Shown here piece by piece: positions 1-10,892 of a stretch of 64,000 nt of DNA. The stretch comes from Ranitomeya imitator (Eukaryota). Each line of letters opens with the position of its first letter. Position 1 is the first letter of the stretch. The position numbers were made by a program, and so were the translations under genes. Below the pieces are notes generated by a model. The model saw only the letters and a list, made by a program, of their open reading frames with translations. It was not told the origin of the DNA and did no database searches. The stretch is taken from the NCBI RefSeq assembly GCF_032444005.1, contig NC_091290.1, positions 153,822,001 to 153,886,000 of the forward strand, in the 5' to 3' direction.

Positions 1-3000
1 TGTCAATAGATGGGACTTATCCTAGGACTCTCATGTCTGATGGAGGAGCACAAAAGTGGCCACCTAAACTGTCCATGGATGGGACTTATCCTGGGACTCT
101 CGTGTGTGATGGAGGAGCACACAAGTGGCCACCTAAACGGTCCATGGATGGGACTTATCCTGGGACTCTTGTGTGTGACGGAGGAGCACACAATCAGCCA
201 CCTAAACTGTCCATGGATGGGACTTATCCTAGGACTCTCATGTCTGACGGAGGAGCACACAATCAGCCACCTAAACTGTCCATGGATGGGACTTATCCTG
301 GGACTCTCGTGTGTGATGGAGGAGCACACAAGTGGCCACCTAAACTGTCCATGGATGGGACTTATCCTAGGACTCTCGTGTGTGATGGAGGGGGACACAA
401 GCGGCCACCTAAACGGTCCATGCATGGGACTTATCCTAGGACTCTCGTGTGTGACGGAGGAGCACACAATCAGCCACCTAAACTGTCCATGGATGGGACT
501 AATCCTGGGACTCTCGTGTGTGATGGAGGAGCACACAAGTGGCCACCTAAACTGTCCATGGATGGGACTTATCCTAGGACTCTCGTGTGTGACGGAGGAG
601 CACACAATCAGCCACCTAAACTGTCCATGGATGGGACTTATCCTAGGACTCTCGTGTGTGACGGAGGAGCACACAATCAGCCACCTAAACTGTCCATGGA
701 TGGGACTTATCCTAGGACTCTCGTGTGTGACGGAGGAGCACAGAAGAGGCCACCTAAACTGTCCATGGATGGGACTTATCCTAGGACTCTCGTGTGTGAT
801 GGAGGAGCACAGAAGAGGCCACCTAAACTGTCCATGGATGGGACTTATCCTAGGACTCTCGTGTGTGACGGAGGAGCACAGAAGAGGCCACCTAAACTGT
901 CCATGGATGGGACTTATCCTAGGACTCTCGTGTGTGACGGAGGAGCACAGAAGAGGCCACTTAAACTGTCCATGGATGGGACTTATCCTAGGACTCTCGT
1001 GTGTGACGGAGGAGCACAGAAGAGGCCACCTAAACTGTCCATGGATGGGACTTATCCTAGGAGTCTCGTGTGTGATGGAGGGGGACACAAGCGGCCACCT
1101 AAACTGTCAATGGATGGGACTTATCCTAGGACTCTCATGTCTGACTGAGGAGCACACAATCAGCCACCTAAACTGTCCATGGATGGGACTTATCCTAGGA
1201 CCCTCGTGTGTGACAGAGGGGGACACAAGCGGCCACCTAAACTGTCAATGGATGGGACTTATCCTAGGACTCTCATGTCTGACGGAGGAGCACACAATCA
1301 GCCACCTAAACTGTCCATGGATGGGACTTATCCTAGGAACCTCATGTGTGATGGAGGGGGACACAAGCGGCCACCTAAACGGTCCATGGATGGGACTTAT
1401 CCTAGGACCCTCATGTGTGATGGAGGGGGACACAAGTGGCCACCTAAACTGTCCATGGATGGGACTTATCCTAGGACCCTCGTGTGTGATGAAGGGGGAC
1501 ACAAGCGGCAACCTAAACTGTCAATGGATGGGACTTATCCTAGGACTCTCATGTCTGACGGAGGAGAACACAATCAGCCACCTAAACTGTCCATGGATGG
1601 GACTTATCCTAGGACCCTCATGTGTGATGGAGAGGACACAAGCGGCCACCTAAACGGTCCATGGATGGGACTTATCCTAGGACTCTCGTGTGTGATGGAG
1701 GGGGACACAAGCGGCCACCTAAACTGTCAATGGATGGGACTTATCCTAGGACTCTCATGTCTGATGGAGGAGCACACAAGTGGCCACCTAACCTGTCCAT
1801 GGATGGGACTTATCCTGGGACTCTCGTGTGTGACGGAGGAGCACACAAGTGGCCACCTAAACGGTCCATGGATGGGACTTATCCTGGGACTCTCGTGTGT
1901 GACGGAGGAGCACACAATCAGCCACCTAAACTGTCCATGGATGGGACTTATCCTAGGACTCTCATGTCTGACGGAGGAGCACACAATCAGCCACCTAAAC
2001 TGTCCATGGATGGGACTTATCCCGGGACTCTCGTGTGTGATGGAGGAGCACACAAGTGGCCACCTAAACTGTCCATGGATGGGACTTATCCTAGGACTCT
2101 CGTGTGTGATGGAGGGGGACACAAGCGGCCACCTAAACGGTCCATGCATGGGACTTATCCTAGGACTCTCGTGTGTGACGGAGGAGCACACAATCAGCCA
2201 CCTAAACTGTCCATGGATGGGACTTATCCTGGGACTCTCGTGTGTGATGGAGGAGCATACAAGTGGCCACCTAAACTGTCCATGGATGGGACTTATCCTA
2301 GGACTCTTGTGTGGGACGGAGGAGCACACAAGCGGCCACCTAAACTGTCCATGGATGGGACTTATCCTAGGACTCTCGTGTGTGACGGAGGAGCACACAA
2401 TCAGCACACCTAAACTGTCCATGGATGGGACTTATCCTAGGACTCTCGTGTGTGACGGAGGAGCACACAAGAGGCCACCTAAACTGTCCATGGATGGGAC
2501 TTATCCTAGGACTCTCGTGTGTGACGGAGGAGCACACAATCAGCCACCTAAACGGTCCATGGATGAGACTTATCCTAGGACTCTCGTGTGTGACGGAGGA
2601 GCACACAAGAGGCCACCTAAACTGTCCATGGATGGGACTTATCCTAGGACTCTCATGTGTGACGGAGGAGCATACAAGAGGCCACCTAAACTGTCCATGG
2701 ATGGGACTTATCCTAGGACTCTCGTGTGTGACGGAGGAGCACACAAGTGGCCACCTAAACTGTCCATGGATGGGACTTATCCTGGGACTCTCGTGTGTGA
2801 CGGAGGAGCACACAAGCGGCCACCTAAACTGTCCATGGATGGGACTTATCCTAGGACTCTCGTGTGTGACGGAGGAGCACAGAAGAGGCCACCTAAACTG
2901 TGCATGGATGGGACTTATCCTAGGAGTCTCGTGTGTGATGGAGGGGGACACAAGCGGCCACCTAAACTGTCCATGGATGGGACTTATCCTAGGAGTCTCG

Positions 3001-5105
3001 TGTGTGATGGAGGGGGACACAAGTGGCCACCTAAACTGTCAATGGATGGGACTTATCCTAGGACTCTCATGTCTGACGGAGGAGCACACAATCAGCCACC
3101 TAAACTGTCCATGGATGGGACTTATCCTAGGACCCTCGTGTGTGATGGAGGGGGACACAAGCGGCCACCTAAACTGTCAATAATTGGGACTTATCCTAGG
3201 ACTCTCATGTCTGACGGAGGAGCACACAATCAGCCACCTAAACTGTCCATGGATGGGACTTATCCTAGGACCCTCATGTGTGATGGAGGGGGACACAAGC
3301 GGCCACCTAAACGGTCCATGGATGGGACTTATCCTAGGACTCTCGTGTGTGATGGAGGGGGACACAAGCGGCCACCTAAACTGTCAATGGATGGGACTTA
3401 TCCTAGGACTCTCATGTCTGATGGAGGAGCACAAAAGTGGCCACCTAAACTGTCCATGGATGGGACTTATCCTGGGACTCTCGTGTGTGATGGAGGAGCA
3501 CACAAGTGGCCACCTAAATGGTCCATGGATGGGACTTATCCTGGGACTCTCGTGTGTGACGGAGGAGCACACAATCAGCCACCTAAACTGTCCATGGATG
3601 GGACTTATCCTAGGACTCTTATGTCTGACGGAGGAGCACACAATCAGCCACCTAAACTGTCCATGGATGGGACTTATCCTGGGACTCTCGTGTGTGATGG
3701 AGGAGCACACAAGTGGCCACCTAAACTGTCCATGGATGGGACTTATCCTAGGACTCTCGTGTGTGATGGAGGGGGACACAAGCGGCCACCTAAACGGTCC
3801 ATGCATGGGACTTATCCTAGGACTCTCGTGTGTGACGGAGGAGCACACAAGAAGCCACCTAAACTGTCCATGGATGGGACTTATCCTAGGACTCTCGTGT
3901 GTGACGGAGGAGCACACAATCAGCCACCTAAACGGTCCATGGATGAGACTTATCCTAGGACTCTCGTGTGTGATGGAGGAGCACACAAGAGGCCACCTAA
4001 ACTGTCCATGGATGGGACTTATCCTAGGACTCTCGTGTGTGACGGAGGAGCATACAAGAGGCCACCTAAACTGTCCATGGATGGGACTTATCCTAGGACT
4101 CTCGTGTGTGACGGAGGAGCACACAAGTGGCCACCTAAACTGTCCATGGATGGGACTTATCCTAGGACTCTCGTGTGTGTCGGAGGAGCACACAAGCGGC
4201 CACCTAAACTGTCCATCGATGGGACTTATCCTAGGACTCTCGTGTGTGTTGGAGGGGGACAGAAGAGGCCACCTAAACTGTCCATGGATGGGATTTATCC
4301 TAGGACTCTCGTGTGTGACGGAGGAGCACACAAGCGGCCACCTAAACTGTCCATGGATGGGACTTATCCTAGGACTCTCGTGTGTGACGGAGGAGCACAC
4401 AAGAGGCCACCTAAACTGTCCATGGATGGGACTTATCCTAGGACTTTCGTGTGTGACGGAGGAGCACACAAGTGGCCACCTAAACTGTCCATGGATGGGA
4501 CTTATCCTAGGACTCTCATGTGTGACGGAGGAGCACACAGGAGGCCATCTAAACTCTCCATGGATGGGACTTATCCTAGGACTTTCGTGTGTGACGGAGG
4601 AGCACACAAGTGGCCACCTAAACTGTCCATGGATGGGACTTATCCTAGGACTCTCATGTGTGACGGAGGAGCACAGAAGAGGCCACCTAAACGGTCCATG
4701 GATGGGACTTATCCTAGGACCCTCATGTCTGACGGAGGAGCACACAAGCGGCCACCTAAACTGTCCATGGATGGGACTTATCCTGGGACTCTCGTGTGTG
4801 ACGGAGGAGCACACAAGAGGCCACCTAAACGGTCCATGGATGGGACTTATCCTAGGACCCTCATGTCTGACAAAGGAGCACACAAGCAGCCACCTAAACT
4901 GTCCATGGATCGGACTTATCCTAGGACTCTCGTGTCTGATGGAGGAGCACACAATCGGCCATCTACTGAAGGATGGGACTTATCCTAGGACTCTCGTGTG
5001 TGATGGAGGAGCACACAATCAGCACACCTAAACTGTCCATGGATGGGACTTATCTTAGGACTCTCATGTGTGATGGAAGAGCAGTTAAGAGGACATCTAA
5101 ACTTC
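1..5105. repeat. 69-bp minisatellite, about 73 copies, runs off the left edge
   Basis: Unit TGTCCATGGATGGGACTTATCCTAGGACTCTCGTGTGTGACGGAGGAGCACACAAGCGGCCACCTAAAC; 23-aa periodicity in the ORF track. Confidence 0.97.
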
Positions 5106-5117
5106 CTCACTATATAT

Positions 5118-5800
5118 AATGGACTACTGTAGTGATATAATTACCCAGAGGGGAGGAAAAAAGACCACAGGTCCTATACTTAGATAAAACTTCCAACAAT
5201 ATTGTAATTCCTCTCCATCCATCTAATGGAATGCTCCAAATATGAAAGTATATGGAAAATGCATAATAACGCTGCCAAATGGAACGAAGGATCCCATTTA
5301 TAAATATAGAAAGTGCTCTAGTGCCAAATTATCCAAAAAATGAAGAGACTCAACCCCAATGGTCAGAGACAGCTTTTGTCCAATATCCCATTACCTCGCA
5401 TGGATATTTGCAGTGGTGACAAGTGTCTGGTATAGCGTCCCCTCACCCCGACGCGCGTTTCACTACCGGCTTCTTCCGGGGGCGTAGTCTTTTTTCCTCC
5501 CCTTTGGGTAATTATATCACTACAGTAGTCCATTGGGCACTAGAGCATTTTATTTACTAATAAGTGAGATTTGGTCCTGCTATTGGTAGGGTTATTTTGT
5601 GCACTATTACTGTCGGATATGCTAATTATTATTTGTCCTAGTACTGTACTATTTATGGAGGAAGTATATAATTTTGTTGAGAAGTCCACTTAGGTATATG
5701 ATTTATATGGATGTTTTAGTGTCCTCTCTAACAGCGTCCCCTACATGACATTTTGTTGGTATACTTGTTTTTAATTTATAAATATAAATTTTATCATGGT
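5118..5800 (-). mobile_element. Probable Penelope-like element remnant (inverted pseudo-LTR segment plus hammerhead-like motif)
   Basis: 51-bp inverted repeat 5118-5168 / 5484-5534 with 2 mismatches, adjacent to a minimal hammerhead-like motif on the minus strand; no RT ORF seen. Confidence 0.5.
5446..5484 (-). ncRNA. Minimal type I hammerhead-ribozyme-like motif (core variant)
   Basis: Minus strand reads CGCCCC CGGAAGA AGCCGGUAGU GAAAC GCGC GUC GGGG(UG): stem I, core CGGAAGA (consensus CUGANGA), GAAA, palindromic stem III, GUC cleavage triplet. Confidence 0.5.
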
Positions 5801-5829
5801 CAAGGTCACATTTCAGTCCTAGTCCAGCC

Positions 5830-6900
5830 CTAAGGACAACACACTTATTCGACCTAATCATGGAACCTTTTGCCGAACCCATTAGAACAAATTACTTAAT
5901 AAAGGGAATACCATTTAACATTAGGCAACGTAAAATAAGTCTATTCGCGGATGACAAACTAATCTTTACCACTGACCCGACCGATTCATTGAGAATTATT
6001 ACTTCTACTATAAGAGACTTCTCTGCAGTTTCATACTATTAAATAAATGATTAAAAAAAATCTAAAATTTTAGGCTTTTTCATAGACCACATAACCAAAA
6101 AAATGATAGAAAAAGAAATTCCTTATAACTGGGAAAAACATCACATCCCATATTTAGGAATTATAATTACCAAATCTTTATGTAAAGTACTAGATGAAAA
6201 TCTGAATCTTCTACAAAAACAGATTTTAAAAAAATATTGAGAATTTTGATAAAGCAAATGCTTCATCGCTTGGTAGGATTGTCTTATATAAAATGATAAT
6301 CCTATCAAAACTTTGAAAAATCAAAAACACATGGTTAAGTGGGAAGAAGATATGACTATATGTTTTTCGCCTGAATCATGGAAAGAAGCAACTGAAATAA
6401 CATACAAATCAAATGCAAATGCGAATATTCATGAGGATTACTTTAAAATCTTATCTCGTTGGTTAAACCTGTCAGATTAAAGCAGATTTTTGAGGACGGA
6501 TCGGACTTATGCTGGAGGAACTGTACTTAAAACGCTAACGTATTACATATTTTCTAGTCATGTCCTAAAATAATGGACCTGTGGAAAGAAGTAGCTAATG
6601 TATGGAGCAATATTAACAACTCTGGAGTCGAATTGTCTCCTCAACTGGTTTTGTTCCCCCCAAAAATTAAATATCTCGCAATTCATCTATTTGCTGTGAC
6701 AAAAATACTTAAGGCATCTAAGTGGAAAACAATAGATGTTCCCTCCATTTCAGAAATAATGAAAAGAAGGTCTACCCAGAATTCTTCCGAACATTCTTTC
6801 GCTCTAAGAAACAATTCCGCATGGTCATCTTGGAACCTATTTCTTTCCTCAAGTCGGAATTCCACGTTTATCTGATCCAACCTTCTTTCTTTTCCTAACT
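5830..6900 (+). mobile_element. Degenerate 5'-truncated L1/Tx1-clade LINE ORF2 fragment (RT core to CCHC knuckle)
   Basis: KISLFADD motif and IPYLGI; C-terminal CWRNC..H.F..CPKI..LW; many stops and frameshifts. Confidence 0.85.
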
Positions 6901-7226
6901 TTTCCTTCCCCATTCTTTTCTTCTTGCATTAACCTTTTTTACTGCTGATTCTTCATTATTTATCTTATTACTTACTTGTTTAATAGAACAAGTTTTAGAT
7001 CACTCTGTTGTTTTATTACTCGTCGTATTGACTAGAACTATAATCCCCTTCCCAAAAATTGTTAAAAAATCCCCCCAAATAAAAAGAAAGTAGCCGAGAA
7101 TCTCACAGCCCGATAAGTCACAAAAACAGCTGGCCAAAAAAAATCCCCAAAAATCAACAAGGGAGAACAGATGGTAACAAATTATAAAATACAATTGTTT
7201 GCTTCAGTCATTATATCTTGTAAGAG

Positions 7227-7413
7227 GAAAATGAAAGTGAAAGATAAAACAGACAGAGGAAACAATACCGGGAGGAGGAGGCAGATTCCGGGAGAAGGGC
7301 GGCGTGTGCTGCGGTCGGAATGTGGAGGAACACGGAAACAACCGACTGCAAAACTTCGAATATACAAAGTGATTTCCACTTTGCTACGACGTGAAGTGGG
7401 AACCTGTGAGACG
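7227..7413 (+). promoter_or_regulatory. Putative MLKL promoter and non-coding first exon with tandem IRF/ISRE element
   Basis: GAAAATGAAAGTGAAAG at 7227-7243; locally CpG-richer sequence; strong donor CG|GTGAGT at 7414; the ATG exon has its own acceptor at 10405, implying an upstream exon. Confidence 0.55.
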
Positions 7414-7680
7414 GTGAGTTCTGCAAGGTCACGGCCCGGGGTGAGAATCAGCAGCCATCAAACACAGAGAAACCAATGTCACACCCATCCATGTTATGGT
7501 GTCCGAGTGTATGGGACAGAGTCATTGTCATGGAGCCGGGACTCTCCGCAGTCCTGCTCACACAGCAGCGGGTTTGTTACACTTGTATCCAGTGCTCTGA
7601 GCAATATATCACTAAACATTGTGCAGTGTAGCTCATCACATTGGAGACTTGAGCTTCTCAGAGCGTCATGGTCACCAAAA

Positions 7681-8073
7681 GGTACCTTCACACTCAGCAA
7701 CTTTGCAACGAGAACGACAACGATCCGTGACGTTGCAGCGTCCTGGATAGCGATCTCGTTGTGTTTGACAGGCAGCAGCGATCTGGATCCCGCTGTGACA
7801 TCGCTGGTCGGAGCTAGAAGTCCAGAACTTTATTTCGTCGTCAGGTCGGCATGTATCGTCATGTTTGACATCAAAAGCAACGATGTTAGCAATGTTTTAC
7901 ATGGAGCTAACAACCAGCGAGAACGATAAGTGAGTCGCCGTTACATCACTGGATCGCTCCTGCATCGTTCTGGAGTTTCTGTGTTTGACGTCTCTACAGC
8001 GACCTAAACAGCGACGCTGCAGTGATCGGCTCGTTGTCTATATCGCTGCAGCGTCACTGAGTGTGACGGTACC
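7681..8073. mobile_element. PIF/Harbinger-type MITE (393 bp)
   Basis: TIRs GGTACC(T/G)TCACACTCAG at both ends; flanks AAA/TAA consistent with a TWA target duplication. Confidence 0.8.
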
Positions 8074-8268
8074 TAAAAACCCAAAGAAGCCAGCGGATCG
8101 CAGCAGCCTGACATTAGCAAAGGAGCGTTACATGGGAGCCCTCCACATCAACACATCTGTCTGTAGGATGACTACACATGTAGAGGGAGGACCGCTCTGT
8201 GACAGACATGTGTCCTAATAATGCTCAAAGGTTGTAGGAAGGAAATATCAGGTACAATGATCCAGTTA

Positions 8269-8573
8269 GGCTACGTTCACATTAGCGTTGCGCGCCGGTG
8301 CGTCGGCGACGCAACGGCGACGCACAAAAAACGCGTGCAAAAACGCTGCGTTTTGCGACGCGTGCGTCGTTTTTTGACGAAAATCGGACGCACGAAAAAT
8401 GCAACTTGTTGCATTTTCTTGCGTCCGACGCTAGCGTCGGAAACGACGCACGTGTCGAAAAACGCAACCAAAAAAACGCACGCGTCCCCTATGTTAAACA
8501 TAGGGGCGCGTCGCCGCTGCGTCGCCGACGCAACAGCGACGCACATTAGCGGAACGCTAATGTGAACGTAGCC
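8269..8573. mobile_element. PIF/Harbinger-type MITE (305 bp, largely palindromic)
   Basis: Perfect TIRs GGCTACGTTCACATTAGCG; TTA duplicated on both sides. Confidence 0.88.
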
Positions 8574-8599
8574 TTACAGGGAGCGAAAGGGGCAAAATC

Positions 8600-10317
8600 T
8601 CTCTCTGCAGTAATGCTCTGCTGTATCCTGTCTGGTATTCTCAGCAATTCCTCCGGACAGTCTGTGTGACTCGGTTATAGTCTCTGCAGTAATGCTCTGC
8701 TGTATCCTGTCTGGTACTCTCAGCAATTCCTCCGGACAGTCTGTGTGACTCGGTTACAGTCTCGGCAGTAATGCTCTGCTGTATCCTGTCTGGTACTCTC
8801 AGCAGTTCCTCCGGACAGTCTGTGTGACTCGGTTATAGTCTCGGCAGTAATGCTCTGCTGTATCCTGTCTGGTATTCTCAGCAGTTCCTCTGGACAGTCT
8901 GTGTGACTCGGTTACATTCTCGGCAGTAATGCTCTGCTGTATCCTGTCTGGTACTCTCAGCAGTTCCTCTGGACAGTCTGTGTGACTCGGTTACATTCTC
9001 GGCAGTAATGCTCTGCTGTATCCTGTCTGGTACTCTCAGCAATTCCTCCGGACAGTCTGTGTGACTCGGTTACAGTCTCGGCAGTAATGCTCTGCTGTAT
9101 CCTGTCTGGTACTCTCAGCAGTTCCTCCGGACAGTCTGTGTGACTCGGTTATAGTCTCGGCAGTAATGCTCTGCTGTATCCTGTCTGGTACTCTCAGCAG
9201 TTCCTCTGGACAGTCTGTGTGACTCGGTTATAGTCTCGGCAGTAATGCTCTGCTGTATCCTGTCTGGTACTCTCAGCAGTTCCTCTGGACAGTCTGTGTG
9301 ACTCGGTTACAGTCTCGGCAGTAATGCTCTGCTGTATCCTGTCTGGTACTCTCAGCAGTTCCTCTGGACAGTCTGTGTGACTCGGTTACATTCTCGGCAG
9401 TAATGCTCTGCTGTATCCTGTCTGGTACTCTCAGCAGTTCCTCTGGACAGTCTGTGTGACTCGGTTATAGTCTCTGCAGTAATGCTCTGCTGTATCCTGT
9501 CTGGTATTCTCAGCAGTTCCTCTGGACAGTCTGTGTGACTCGGTTACATTCTCGGCAGTAATGCTCTGCTGTATCCTGTCTGGTACTCTCAGCAGTTCCT
9601 CTGGACAGTCTGTGTGACTCGGTTACATTCTCGGCAGTAATGCTCTGCTGTATCCTGTCTGGTACTCTCAGCAGTTCCTCTGGACAGTCTGTGTGACTCG
9701 GTTACAGTCTCGGCAGTAATGCTCTGCTGTATCCTGTCTGGTACTCTCAGCAGTTCCTCTGGACAGTCTGTGTGACTCGGTTACATTCTCGGCAGTAATG
9801 CTCTGCTGTATCCTGTCTGGTACTCTCAGCAGTTCCTCCAGACAGTCTGTGTGACTCGGTTATAGTCTCTGCAGTAATGCTCTGCTGTATCCTGTCTGGT
9901 ACTCTCAGCAGTTCCTCTGGACAGTCTGTGTGACTCGGTTACAGTCTCGGCAGTAATGCTCTGCTGTATCCTGTCTGGTACTCTCAGCAGTTCCTCTGGA
10001 CAGTCTGTGTGACTCGGTTACATTCTCGGCAGTAATGCTCTGCTGTATCCTGTCTGGTACTCTCAGCAGTTCCTCTGGACAGTCTGTGTGACTCGGTTAT
10101 AGTCTCGGCAGTAATGCTCTGCTGTATCCTGTCTGGTACTCTCAGCAGTTCCTCTGGACAGTCTGTGTGACTCGGTTATAGTCTCTGCAGTAATGCTCTG
10201 CTGTATCCTGTCTGGTACTCTCAGCAGTTCCTCTGGACAGTCTGTGTGACTCGGTTATAGTCTCTGCAGTAATGCTCTGCTGTATCCTGTCTGGTATTCT
10301 CAGCAATTCCTCCGGAA
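8600..10317. repeat. 79-bp minisatellite, about 21-22 copies, in the MLKL 5' intron
   Basis: Unit GCAGTAATGCTCTGCTGTATCCTGTCTGGTACTCTCAGCAGTTCCTCTGGACAGTCTGTGTGACTCGGTTATAGTCTC(G/T); period measured 8610 to 8689. Confidence 0.97.
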
Positions 10318-10441
10318 TTGCTAGAGTGTCCCCACTCACCCAATGTCTCCGTCCCACCTCTACTTTATGTCAGAGGCAATAATATTTTCTGCTTTCATTT
10401 CACAGCCGACTTCCACATCCTCTGCAGCAGCCTTAAAAATT

Positions 10442-10892
10442 ATGGAGGTGGTGAAAAGCATTTTTACAGTTGCAAAAGCAATTTATGATCAGTGTGAACA
10501 GGCGGAGACCAACAAGAAGCGCTGCAGTCGCCTGAAGAGCAGAATTGAGCTGCTCTTGGTTCCGGTTGAGAAACTAAAAAATGATCCTGAAAAATCCAAA
10601 GAATTGGAGAGGACTCTGTCCGAGCTGTTGCTGAACCTGCAAAATGCCAAATGTTGGGTGGCGAAGTACTCGCCGAGCCGCTGGTGGTATAAGTTCCTGC
10701 GGGCGAGGGGCATACAGGACAAGTTCATGCACATCAGTGAGCAGCTGAGTAACTCGGCCCAGGTCCTCCAGCTTCTCATCAACGCTGAACTCAGAAAACA
10801 ATTTCTTACATACTTTAATGATGAAAGTCTAAGGAAGCAGAATCTGAAGGACATTGAAGAGGACGTGAAAAGTCTGATGTCTCTAATACAGA
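10442..10892 (+). CDS. MLKL: MLKL first coding exon (four-helix bundle and brace)
   Basis: Acceptor CAG ends 10405; ATG 10442; donor GTACGT 10893; phase 1. Confidence 0.9.

Noticed and set aside
3-5031. Long ORFs up to 1269 aa in several frames
   Set aside because: They follow from a 69-bp unit (a multiple of 3) with stop-free frames on both strands; there are no domain motifs or splice context.
7285-7296. GAS (STAT1) site next to the ISRE
   Set aside because: TTCCGGGAG does not match TTCN3GAA.
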